This document shows, piece by piece, positions 1 to 30,093 of a DNA stretch of 64,000 bases. Origin of the DNA: Chrysomallon squamiferum (taxonomy: Eukaryota; Animalia; Mollusca); NCBI GenBank assembly GCA_012295275.1, contig CM022670.1:11098001-11162000 (forward strand), given 5' to 3'. Every line of letters starts with the position of its first letter. The first letter of the stretch is position 1. Both the position numbers and the translations under genes were made by a program. The notes beneath the pieces are model-generated. The model searched no databases, was not told the origin of the DNA, and worked only from the letters and a program-made list of their open reading frames with translations.

Positions 1-16848
<16,848 letters not shown>

Positions 16849-19059
16849 GTTGCAGCAACCGAGATCGTTTTGATAGGCAGCTTTCATAATGACACTGAAA
16901 AAAAAACCAGAGACAAAAGATACAATGCAGGGAGTTGGTGTTGTCATGTTAAACTAGTTTTTGTTTCTTGCGATTGACAGTTCACTATGCTGTGTGTCGT
17001 GCTGTTTGATTTTCTGACGCTGATCATGTAAAAGAACTTTCTGTCTGTTCAGATCGATCAATTGTAAAATGAGAACTCTCTTTCTATTCAGATTAATGAA
17101 CTCTTTCAAAAAATCATAATATATTTCATATTTTAAGAAAAACAAACAACAGAAACTCTAGTGAGTAGTCCACAAATAATAACAACTGTAGGTATAGGCA
17201 GAGTATTCGTATAATATAACCTGAACGATACTTTTACTTAATACAAATACGATCTGAATTGAATGATGTTAAATTTTTTCTGATGTTCAGTTTTGAAGTA
17301 TTTGTGAGAAATATAGGGGGAAGGACAAATACAATTTTCTAAAAGCTGCAAAAATATTTTCTATGCATTTATAACTGTAAAAGTGACCTTATTGGAAAAT
17401 AACATATTTTTAAATTTATAATCCTGTTCATAAAATGTGTTTCAAAATTCACATATGGTTACACTGTTGTACCTGTGTAATGCCTTACCGTGCATATTAA
17501 ATGGCTTTTTCAGTTTTCATTTGTGTAATGACATAATACTTGGCATTTTCTAAATCGACATTCTTGTCAAAATCAGCTTTGTTTAATGTGTAATTTTTAA
17601 AGTATTATGTCTTGCATAAATCAAATTAATAATATGAAATGGCATTCTTACCTTCATTTACTGTTGATTGTTTTGAAAAATTTTAATCATGAAATTTTAT
17701 TTGAAAACACAGGGAAAATCTGCTTGGTCCAATTTATTGATAATTTTTACCTCATGAAATTATTATTATTATTTTTTTTTCACTTTTATATTTTGCCAAA
17801 TGCATCATCCTTAAACAATAAAGGAATGTTTTGTATTTCATATTTCTGAAAGTTTTTATACAAAAATTTATTTTTTCTACTTTTTCTATGTACACATCAT
17901 GGAACAATTTTAACTTACATTTTTTATTATTATTTTATTTGTTTTGATAATAATTTAGTGGTATTTTAAACGACTGGTCACTCCGTAGTTTATCAGATTC
18001 ATTAAAAAATTAATCAATTCAGAATAGCTCCAGCTATACACTGACTTCACAGTTTTTCCTTTTCCGATTGTGGGTGAAAAATGTATTCATATTCACCTAC
18101 CGATATAAACAGGTCTCTGTAAACACAAAATGTTGTGTAGATATTTTTATATTTGTAAATTAGTAAATTTATCCATGTAGGTAGTAATGTAAACGTGTAT
18201 GTATTCAGTAAGTAATAGTCAATTGCCCATTGAAGCCTACTATCTCATTCATTCTAGAAACCATTACAAATGCTGCATCTTCAAAATAACATCATAAAAC
18301 TATATTTTTGATTTTTGTAGCATTACAAACGTACTACAGCATGCAATTTTAACTGAAATCAAAACACTGGTTTTGTTAATTTGAAAAAAATATATATAAA
18401 ACAAAATTATCACTAGATTCATTATTTTTAAAAATTATGGGTTGTGTAGTGATGGAGGAATCTGGAGATTTGTACAGTATCCTCACACTTAGCTTGAGAG
18501 CAATAACTGTAGTAACCTGTGATGTATCTACTTATATTTATGAGTACAAGTCTAGAGGTATGTGTAGCATGTTGATAGTAACCTTTGTGTGTTCAGTAAA
18601 ACTTTACTTGTAATACCGACCAGGTGTACCACTGATGGTAGTTTGATATATATTTAGAAAATAAAACTTTAAAATATATATTTTTTTTTTTTTTTTTTTT
18701 TATATTTTTTTTTATCGTTTATTATACTTTTATTTAGTAATTAATGTTACTGTTAATACACATATTAATAAGTTTAGATAGTCCTTGTGCATAACTTTTT
18801 TTTCCCATGACAATTCACATCCAGTTTTAAGTATTAAAGCCATTGTTGTGCAATCTTAATACTATAAGACACTAAATGCATACACGTGATGTCTCAAATT
18901 AGATAAAACAGTATGTTGTAATTGCTTTGTTTGGTTTTATTTTAATTTTTGAAACAAAAATTTATTAAATATTTATTATTACAAATTCAACACAAAATCA
19001 GATCAACACCTTCTCTTAAAAATAATCTTATTTACTGGATGTTGGCACCTTTTTTTCTG

Positions 19060-19275
19060 ACCTTAATGCTGTTCATTAACGCGTACCATAAATTTTTATA
19101 GTGTAGATAAAATATATACCTCACCTTCGTTTGCTCATTAACAACTAGATAGCATATAATAGAGTTGTAAAAAACACCATATACTTCTCCTTTAGTTGTT
19201 CGTTAACAACTCTGCTGGCTTTAACAGTGTAGTAAAAAAAGAAAGACCACCTTGTTTTTAGTTGTTCATTAAAAC
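19060..19275. repeat. Degenerate tandem repeat, about 62-66 bp period, about 3.5 copies
   Basis: Core (G)TTGTTCATTAAC recurs near 19069, 19131, 19196 and 19261, with similar AGTGTAG-A-rich segments between cores. Confidence 0.6.
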
Positions 19276-19305
19276 CTGTATTTTTCATTCCTTAAACTAA
19301 ACAGA

Positions 19306-19345
<40 letters not shown>

Positions 19346-19600
19346 TTCCTTAAACTAAACAGAATTTATATATATATATATATATATATATTTAGGAACA
19401 TTTTACAATATTAATCTGCTATGACTGCATTGAAAAGATGGAGAGATAACTGATGTAATTTTTCGAGACTGTATGTGTAAGCACAAATATAATAACAGTT
19501 ACTGGTTGAAAACTGATATTATTATCTTTTTAGATGTTTGAACAATAGCTGCATAGTTTACCATAAAGATAAGCATGTACCAACAGGTTATATTAAATGT

Positions 19601-19637
<37 letters not shown>

Positions 19638-20823
19638 TATCTACAAACTATAATCACTGAAGAGAAATAGGTGCTTTTTGGACACTAATCTTGAAGTTCA
19701 ATGACTCAAAGAAACAAAATCTTGAAGATTGAAAAACGTTATATAATGTTATTTTAGGTGACAAAACAACACAACTTGATAATTAAAAAAATATGTTTAT
19801 TAAACAGTTTACAAAAATATGAGACAAAAAGGATATTAGTGAAACATTTTCTGCACATGAATCAGATTTGCATACTTAATGTTACTAATCACAGGAGACA
19901 GTGATCATAATCTAACATATCACCTTCACAAAACTAGTATTAAAAACACACAAAAAACTGTTAATAATCTGCTATCCTAAAGGTAAACATGATTTTAAAG
20001 CTAATAATATTCTAATACAAATATTACATTATCAAGTTTTCTAGAAAAACCCCAAAGAACAACCGTATAATCTGCTCTCCTATAAACATTTACTGTTTTT
20101 ATTATAACCAAACGATAAGAATATCAAACTAACAATTATAACAAAAAACATGAAAATAATTCTGTACATGTAAAGTTAATGGAAGTGGATAGATATTCAT
20201 TCAAATAACCACACATTTTATTCAAGCTGGCTGAATGAATACATTAACAAGAATGTACATATGAAATGTAGACTCGATTTCTGTTATTGAAGGAAAAAAA
20301 TTAACTGAAACAGGTTATACCGAGAAATGCTAATGATAAATTAATGAGTTCGCAAAGTTATATATATATAAATGAAATGCCACAAGTATGAGGACATTCA
20401 CTCCAATATATAAAAATAGATTTATTTATCTGTCATAAAATTGAATAGAGTAATGCAACTTATCAGATGGTTAATATGGAAAAGGCATCATTTTTATATT
20501 TATAAATAATGTTTCACTTTCATTAATAATTAAAATAAATTAAACTGACTGTGATTCATTTCATTTCTAAAACATCCTACACATAACTGACACAAATATT
20601 AGAACTCAGTTGAACTTTTGATATTCTATGTTAACACAACATCGTGATATTTGTTTTCAGAATTTTGACAATAATTATTAATTGGCACAAATCAAACATT
20701 TCTAACAGAATACTATTTTGATAATTCCCAGACAATCATGTTTTTTGTTTTTAAAAGTAAATTCACTGAACAGAAAACCTACTATCAGTACAAATGTAGA
20801 TGCTATTTTGTGCATAAAAGAGG

Positions 20824-22121
20824 CTACAGTTCAATCCTAGGACTAAGTCGAGGTCCACGCTGAAGTTTCTTTTTCTTCTTCTTTGTTTTTTCTTTTTTCA
20901 TTTTCTCCAATTCTAACAATTTCTCTTGCTCCTGAATGAAAAAAAAGAAGAAAAAAAATATATTTTCAATATTACTGATAATTTATTAAAACAAAATACA
21001 TTATTCCTGAATGCAAATTGTTAAACTCATAGAACACTTATTATTTAAAAAAAAAAAAAAAAATCTGCCCTATTTATTTAATAGGTAAGTATATATTTAT
21101 ATCAATATTAAAATTAAAACACAAAAACCAGTATTAATCCTCCCACAGGCTTTAATGTAATAAAACAAAACAAGTGAATGAGATATTTAAATTTTTTACC
21201 TTTTTCATTGCCTCAGCTTTGAAAGGATTTACGTAGTCTGGAGATCGAGGTATAAGATTTACTTCTTGTGCCATCTATGAAAAGAACAAAATTATATAAT
21301 CATCAAATCAAAAGTGGTAAGTGATAAGAAGTCTAAGGTTTGGAGAATGAAGTATTTTTTATTATGACATTAATGAGTCTTTTCAATCTTTTTTTATTAT
21401 TATTTAACTCATATTTTGGGGGGGGTTTGTTTGTTTTTTAGCTCTTTTTTTTGTTTTTAATTTATTTATTTATTTATTTATTTATTTATTTTTTATAGCC
21501 TTACACATCTTAATCCATCCAGTGATTATATAAATTCTCACAGAATCTCTGACAAACTGAACTCTAACAGAACAAGATATCATTATAATAAACACACTGA
21601 AAATATTTTTTAAAAATGATTCAGTAATGCTCAGGCCCATTTCAAAAGATAGATTTTGTATTTAATTTTGTAAATGTTATGTATATTTAAGTTGTTTGTA
21701 AGTGGTATTTGTATATAACAGCTGCCTGACAGTTTAATCTCTGTTTACACAGATTACTTAGAATGTAATGAACAAGTGTTGATAATGAACAGGAAATGGC
21801 CAAGATAACTCAATGGCTGAATTAGACATCTCTCTGTGAATAATTGTTCACACAGAAAACATGGTGGGCAGATAACTGGCTGTTTTAACAGAATTCCATT
21901 CATATAATTTATTTCTAAATAAAATTATGGATTGAGATTCATTCCTAAATGACGTAATTTTACAAAGTAATAAATGCATGTAAAAACAAAATGTAATCTG
22001 GTATGAAGGAATCTTCTAATAATTATTCAAGTTATTTATTTAATAAAAAAAAAATAATAATAATAAAAAAAAAATGAAACAAATTCGTAAACCACTTTTA
22101 ATACAGATTTACTCAGTTTTA

Positions 22122-22162
<41 letters not shown>

Positions 22163-23083
22163 TGGTGGGTTTTTTTAAAGTGAAGATAAAATCTTATTCT
22201 AATTCAATTGACATCACTATTGTCAGTTTGACACTCAGTAACATTGTCCATATTATAATCACTATTACACCAATCTATGACTGAATACATATTTTTATTT
22301 TGAAGTTCTCCACACAACTGTTGTTGTTTGTTTTTTTGGGGGTTTTTTAAATAATGGGTAATTTATTTTAAAAGCCTGTAATGAATACAACATATTTCTA
22401 CAAATAGAGGCAAATAAAATAATCCACAAATTATAAGGTCGATCCATAGGAAACCTGTTATCATAATGGTCTCTATTATAAACTCTTCATAAAACTGCAT
22501 ATAGAAAAGTTCATTTTTGTCAAGAAAACATAAATGAGTGCAACATAAAGTTAAAACACAACATCTTAATCTCACTATTAGTTATTAAATTTAAAATTTA
22601 TTTTTTCAAGAAGACAACCTGAATGAAATATATTAAGTTTCAATCAAAATAAGAGTAGAAATTATTAATTTTTAAAATTTATTACTATTGTAACTAAAAG
22701 ATTACCAAGTTTAGCAGAGTTCCAGACTTTCCCTCAAACACCAGTGACTGGTTGCAGAAGGTCAGAGCCCACATCAAGGTCATTTGCCACTCACGTTTCT
22801 TGTCATACAACTCATGTACAATGTCAGGCAGTCGAAGAACCAGATCACCAAACATTGCTGTGTTCTCATACACCTTGGAGACAGCTGTAAATACACATGT
22901 ACATGTCTGCTTTATCTTTTCAATAGCAAACTCTCCATTAACAATTTTCTTTTATATAGGAGAAAAACATAGTTTACCAAATTCTCTTTTAACAATCAAT
23001 TTGGCTGAGAGAAAAACAAAACATTTGAACTTTTTTTCAAAATTAATAATAATGTATATATCTATACATACATACATATATAC

Positions 23084-23129
<46 letters not shown>

Positions 23130-23163
23130 ATACATACATATATATACATATATATATATATAT

Positions 23164-23216
<53 letters not shown>

Positions 23217-24284
23217 GATATAGATATACATACATACATATATACATATATATGTTTGATGAATAAGTAACTATTTAGACAGAGAACATTATTTTGGTCA
23301 GCAAATAACCTGAAATAAAAATTACTTTTACACTTTTTAATATTTTACTGATGTTACAGTTACATACAGAAATACTGGATTTCCATCATCAATTTAAATG
23401 TTCCAGAGGTCATAAATAAATTAACTGGAACGGTCCATAATAAAACGTATTAAATTCTAAAACAATTTTAAGGAACTTATTACACTGCTGAATGGTCTCA
23501 TTGTCTGGAAAAGGGTCTCCAGGAAAGTAGCCCCACTGTGTAAGGTTAGCTCTGGCTTGAGAAGTGACCTAGAACACATACAGTAATTTCAATTAATTAT
23601 TAACTGTTTTATGTAAAACTGATGAAAAGAAAATCTACATTTTATAAATTCAAGATAGATGTCTAAAGTCTTTAAATTATGATAAATGTAACATGAACAG
23701 CACACTGCAGAAATTCTCTAAAACCATTTTTTTTTTCCATTAATAAAAAAAATAAACCAATTTGTATCAGCAGTTTTATTTTTATTATATAGTTTTTCAA
23801 TTTCACTATCAAGTGAACGCTTACATTTATATCAGCTTTCTGTTTAATGACAAGCTAACCAAAACAAATATAGTGAAATTTCACAACAATTATTCTTTTA
23901 TGAACAACAAATGCATCTTTTTAACCTGTTAACAATATTTTTAGAAATTGTTAAACAATATTCAGTAGTGTGGACCTACATTGTATATTTTATACAAATA
24001 AGCAAAAATAATATTTTTTTTTTATTGAATCATGTCAAAGAGTAAGTGGACTGAAAAGATTACTAAAAATACTCACAGCAAAGAGTTGTTGTAACATAAT
24101 TTCAACCAGTTTAAACCTCTGCGTGTAGTCTCCAAACTGCTGAAGTGATTTTATAGCATTCAGCTGGATAATTCGATGTTCAGTGAACAATTTCTTAACT
24201 AGTAAAGGATAAGGAAAATAAATGCATATATTTAAAGTGATTCTAAACATAAATGCATATATTTAAAATGATTCTAGCAAAATA

Positions 24285-24315
<31 letters not shown>

Positions 24316-26522
24316 TTATATATATACATACAGATAATAAACATAAAATAAATATATGTACTTTGCTAAAATTAGTGAAAATAACAATCTGAATATTGAG
24401 TCTTTACATTCATTGAGTCAAAAACATACATTAACACAAATCACACATTCAAAAAAGAAATACTGAAATATTATTATGTACCTATAGGGAGGTAAGTGGT
24501 GAAGACAATTCACTATTCTTTTATTCAGATTAATTATCTCCCCTGAGGTATAACAATAATTTGACAAACTGAATTTTTTGTAGAAATAAAAATGATAATT
24601 AATGATAATTAATACATTTATATTTATTAGATATATTATAATTTATAGTAACCAAGACAGTTGCAAAGTATGCTGAAATCATTTAAGGCCTAAAAACTTT
24701 TTAAAATGTTAACATAAATATTACAAAATTTTATTTAAAAAAAAAAAAAAGAAGTTTAAAATACTTTATGTGATTCTGTTCTGCACAGTTTTAATCACAG
24801 CTTTTAATTCAAGTATGTTATACATAATAAAAAATAAGTAAAATGGACTGCAGTTGTTCTATCAGATTATTAATTTCAGATTATTAGATGTAATGAAAAC
24901 AAATTAAAGCCACTCCAGGGCTGCTGTTATTGTTTTTTTTTAAATATCTTCACAAACAGGAAACAGCTCAACAAATTTAATGAGGTCTAATCCTGGTCTG
25001 GTGATGTCTTTCTCTTGCTCTATGGCCTCTTAATTACAGGCTAAAGTTTATACTGTTGTAACATTACTTTTAAATATACTGTGAACAAAAAATATTATAT
25101 AAAAATGGTATATATATTTTATGAAGAAAACCATGTTAGAATTACAGTTTCAGGTGGAAATGCACTTTTATAAAATGAGAATTTCAGGCAGTTTCCACAT
25201 GTGTAAATAACAGAAGATATGGGCAAACTTTGCCTCATCTTAGTTAAGAATTTCACAGAATGTTAACTGAAATCTCTATGCAATAGGTTTATTGATAACA
25301 AATCTTCATTTCTTCATCCAAACCATACATTAATATGCATAAACAGTTTATGTTCAACAACAAAACACTGCATCAAAAAGCCATACAGTTAACATGGTAA
25401 AGTTAAAGTTAAAATCATGATTATATCAACAATACTAAAGTAATTTTTATGCATTCATCTGGAAAAACTAAATAAATGCCCAAACATTTTTAAAAATCTG
25501 GTTTAGTGCAGATATAAAGGCATAAAATATATTTGATCAATGTTGAAACAAAAGTGAAAAATATTTTAATAAGCTTTTTATAAATTGATGTTGTTGAAAT
25601 AAAAATAGTTATTTGTGGGATATGAATTATGACAATGGACAAATTGATTCTATAAAAAATATGAATTATTCAGAGATGCACCTGCTTCAAAAAGAAGTGA
25701 AGAAAAATGAATTACTTAGATAAATAATTACAACTGTTATAAAAATGAAAAAACTTTTGCTATCCACATGCTTTTTTCTTATATTTATATTCAGACAGAT
25801 AATCTTTCAATGTTTGTCATAATTTATTTACATTGAAAGAAAGGCCACCATCCATAGACATAACGGATAAAAAGAAGAGACAGAATGAAAATATATTTCC
25901 TCCATTATTCTTTATAAATATCCTTTAGTGCAGTTTGTATCTAAAAGCATCACTGCTTATTCATAAACCACCAACAGATATATTATTATTAAGAAATTAG
26001 AAACTTCTCAACTTCAATAAAATTTAAATATTAATTCTTATTTAATAAATCTATTTCATAATAATTCAGTAGATATTTTTTAATTCTGCTTATAAAGTAA
26101 AAAATATTCAATACTAAAAATATTGAATTAAATTTGTTAATCCTTTTCTAGTTTACTGGTTTTAAAAGTTTGATTCATAATGCATAAAACATAAATACTA
26201 AAATAGTAATACTAATAATTGTAATAGTAAATTGTAATTGATCATTTGATGCGTGAATGATTTGTTAGATTCTTCTCAATAAAACAAAATAATATGTAAT
26301 AAAAGAAAAATAAAGGATACATCTGGTAAAGCCTGACTCTGATTTCTTTGCATCATCACTTGCAGGTGCAGTTTCTTTTTTCCTTTCTTCATTCGCCGGT
26401 CCTTTACTGTCACTGTCAGACCTCGCCTTGGCATCGCGTTTAGCCTCAGTTCCAGCAACAGAAAAGCATACAAATACAATTATCAAAATAACATAACACC
26501 GAAATGCACACAAACTGATCAT
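20824..26522 (-). CDS. CCDC134: Coiled-coil domain-containing protein 134 (ER-luminal), 256 aa
   Basis: Exons in transcript order: 26321..26522, 24077..24198, 23484..23568, 22706..22884, 21200..21274, 20824..20931, total 771 nt, all phases consistent. N-terminal signal-peptide-like segment. Conserved [36 protein letters not shown]|MAQE and VNPFK segments. Basic tail ending [11 protein letters not shown] (KDEL-like retention signal). Confidence 0.95.
23054..23252. repeat. Compound (TA)n/(TACA)n microsatellite
   Basis: Visible directly. Confidence 0.95.
24199..26320 (-). other. U12-type (minor spliceosome) GT-AG intron 1 of CCDC134
   Basis: 5' splice site GTATCCTTTA matches the U12 consensus RTATCCTTT. 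The 3' end reads TTTTCCTTATCCTTTACTAG, a TTCCTTRAY-like branch site with the A 12 nt from the 3' end. Confidence 0.88.
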
Positions 26523-26768
26523 TTTAACGTAAATTGGCTAATATTAAACATAATAACATAAAATAAAGCAAACTACAACGTTTTACACGTGGACAGAATA
26601 AAAAAATAAAACCTATCATAGAATTGTAGTAATGTAGTAGACTATTAAAACGGTCCTATATTGACGCTGTGTGAATGTTTTAATAAATCAGTCTATGGAA
26701 ACCTACTATTATTTATTAATAGAACCGGAAATAAGTATAATAATTTACGGAAATACCCTCAAATTGAC
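26523..26768. promoter_or_regulatory. Bidirectional promoter region of CCDC134 and YIPF6
   Basis: Only 246 bp separate the divergent ATGs. Contains an Ets-like CCGGAAAT (26725), CACGTG (26586) and an ACTACAATTC-like motif on the minus strand (26621..26630). Confidence 0.75.
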
Positions 26769-29700
26769 ATGGCTGACGTGGAGTTTCATACAAGCGATGT
26801 AGGTCTAATTAAATTTTATTTAAAAGTATTATTCTTAATTTGATAGCATTTCGAGGATGGAATTTACGTTTTAGTGATTGAAATGCCATTTCTCCTTCTT
26901 TATAAGATTTCTGTATAAACCTTTTAAATATCACAAAAGTGGTGAAATTGGGATATAAACATAAAACAACATAAACGTGTTAATTTGTTATGAATATGCA
27001 ATGTATACTTTAAATTGTCGGCTTCGGTGTCTGGAATTACCCATAGCAGCGTACAAAGAAGAAATAAACCGAATATTTAACTTCTGTTAATAATGTTATC
27101 ATCCATAATCATGTTAATATGATTGTATATTATCATTATCAGGCTTTCATCTGACATTTTATTATATTTATTTCACACACACACAGTGACACACATACAC
27201 TTGATATAACCATTTTTTTTAAATTTAGTAACTGGTATGTCATTTGTTAATTACAATTTTTTATTTTTTTATTTTTTATTTTTTCTTTTTTTTTTTTTTA
27301 GGAAATAAGCACCACAAACATTTTATTTTTAGACAACTTATATCATGTACACAAATGTTTGGTATATTGAAGGATTCATTTTATTCATATACATTTAGGT
27401 GTATTTTACAACCACCATTAACAAATATTTTTACATAAATCTCCAGTTCAGATTAACAGAAATTCAGAATAAAAACAATCATCCATAGAGAACCACATAG
27501 GTGATATTTCTCCTAAAATTCAGTGACAAAGGAAAAATAATTATAAAAATAGTATGTAACTGCATTTGGAGCTTGGACATTTACATATATGTATATGCCT
27601 CTTTATAATATGGAATAAAAGATCAAAATAATATACTGGGTATGTTACCCATAGTTACTATGGATTTGTTATTTGATGTGAAATTAGGTTATTACATGAT
27701 AGCTACATATTCTTATCTGTTCATTTCATAACAGTTTAATCATTAAATAACAAAAATTAATTTGTTTTAGGATCAAGAATTTCAACTTGAAGGAGATATT
27801 CTGGTGCCAGGTGCTGCTAAAACTGATGATGAGTTGTCTACCTTAGATGAGCCAGTTAAACAAACAATAGTGAGTTTTATGTTGATCAGTATTTTAAAAA
27901 AGGAATGCAATTATTCCCAAGCTCACAATATATCGACTATTGTCAATTTTTACTGATTGAATTATATATTAATTTTTAATTACCCCCCAAAAAAATAAGA
28001 AAATAGTGATGCACATTAATAATTTTTCACATTTATTTAAATATTAAAATTTGTTTCTGACCTTTTCCAGCTTCGGGATTTGCGAGCTGTGGGTACAAAA
28101 TTTTTTCATGTGCTTATTCCTAAAAAAAGTGATGCCTTGCTAAAAGAATGTGAGTTTTTCTTGATAATTTTTTTCTAAAATAATGTATTACCTTTTTATT
28201 TATTTATTTATTGTTGTTGTTGTTGTTGTTGTTGTTGTTCCAGTTTCTTGTCAGTTATTGTTATTTTATATATTAGCATATTTTTTGTAAATACTATCTG
28301 CTTTGGAAAATTATTGCAATTACATACACACATACATACACATATATATAAAAGGAGAAACATATATATAAGCCTATGCAAAATATTGCCACAAACAATT
28401 GCATGGTCAGGAAAAATTTGTAAAATGAATAAAAAAAATAATTACAAAAAATAAATAGATATAAAAAGAAAGAAGTTATATGTGTTCAGCTGCAAGTCTG
28501 CTGGCAGAATCTTTTCATTGTTACTATTGTGTTGTTATTTCAGGGGACCTGTGGGGACCCCTTATACTCTGTGTGTTCATGGCCATGTAAGTATTTTATT
28601 TATTGTACAAAATAATTATCTTCCAATTACTTTAAACAATTTCTTAATGTTTCCTAAATTATTTTTTTTTAAATCATCAGAATTCTGTAATATTTTGTAG
28701 ATAATTTAAAAAAAAAATCAGTAGAAAATATTGCATAGAATAAAAGATAAAATAATTTATTTGACAGGTTGCTGCAGGGTTCCACAGAGGAACTGAATAA
28801 TATGAATGATGGCGGGCCACAGTTTGCACAGATGTTTGTCATCTACTGGTTGGGGGCTGTGGTTGTCACGCTTAATATCAAACTGCTTGGAGGTAAAATG
28901 TGAGTAGATCAACATCATTTTTATCTGGTCAAATTAGTAGCCAAAAGAGTTTTCTGTAAAAGTTTTTTTTTTTTTTACTTTGTTTGAAACTGCTAGCTGT
29001 TTTTGCAGTAAGTTACAACAAAGGGTATAAGTATGTTCTGACTGATCAGAACGTAGATTTGTGATGAACAAACTAATCCACATTTAAGTATTTTAAGTGG
29101 AAAGCTTATATCTATATCTCCTTAAAAACATTTTTTTTAAAAGTCAGTAAATTATTTTATAAACTAGCTTCTTTATATGTACCAGTAAAACTATTTTCAG
29201 AATTCTGTTTTGTTTATTCTTGTTTTTGTATTATTTTTTTGACCTATTGTTAACATTTTACTTTTACTCTGTCATACTCTGCAATAAGGAACTGTTGAGA
29301 AATGTACATGGCAGCTGTTTCTGATTATAATTTAATCCATACAATAATAGTATATATCTGTAATAAACAATAAAACACTTGCTGCATTTGGTAATGTATT
29401 TAAGTTAATGTTTTTTTATATGTTTATGATTTAAAGAATCATTCAGTTCCTAATAAAGCCAAACTTTTTGTTTCAGCTCATTTTTCCAGAGTGTCTGTGT
29501 GCTGGGATACTGTGTCTTACCTCTGACTATATCTCTTGTGTTGTGCAGAATTATTTTGATCAGGAACACAGACTATTGCTCTTTTTATTATTCGATTTAT
29601 TGCTGTCATTACTGGATTTGCTTGGTCAACATTTGGTAGGTCATTTGTGAATTTTAATGTGTATTTGAATAATGATTTTTTGTTTCTGATTTAATCTTCA

Positions 29701-30093
29701 TATAATGTGAAATTTCATTTGCCAGTCTAGAGCATTAGAATTCAGTTTGTCACATTAAACTACAATTAATAACTACACATAGTCAAATACAAACTAAATA
29801 TTGTCAATTATATTCTAAGTAATGATAATTTTTTTTATGTATTGGCCAAATAAAAAATGTATACAAAGGAAAGATTATCAGATACAAAAATTTATATTTA
29901 GTCTATTATGCTTGTTATTTCATTATTCTGACACTTACGATTTCTTTATTTTATTATTTATATATTTTTCATTTTAGCTTCAACAGCATTCCTTACAGAC
30001 TCTCAACCACCAAACAGAAAAGCCCTGGCAATATATCCAATATTTCTGTTCTATTTTGTCATCAGCTGGATTATCATTTCTCACACACACTGA
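26769..30093 (+). CDS. YIPF6: Yip1 domain family member 6 (Golgi), with an apparent 1-nt insertion frameshift in exon 6
   Basis: Exons 26769..26798, 27771..27869, 28071..28149, 28544..28586, 28768..28899, 29477..29635, 29978..30093, all GT-AG. Translation includes STLDEPVKQTI|LRDLRAVGTKFFHVLIP, LLKEWDLWGPL, GGPQFAQMFV, KLLGGKISFFQSVCVLGYC and ASTAFLTDSQPPNRKALAIYPIFLFYFVISW. Confidence 0.95.

Noticed and set aside
24219-24277. Short local duplications (30 bp here; also near 38215, 45608, 47488/47711 and 54812)
   Set aside because: Ordinary slippage-type duplications with no sign of function.
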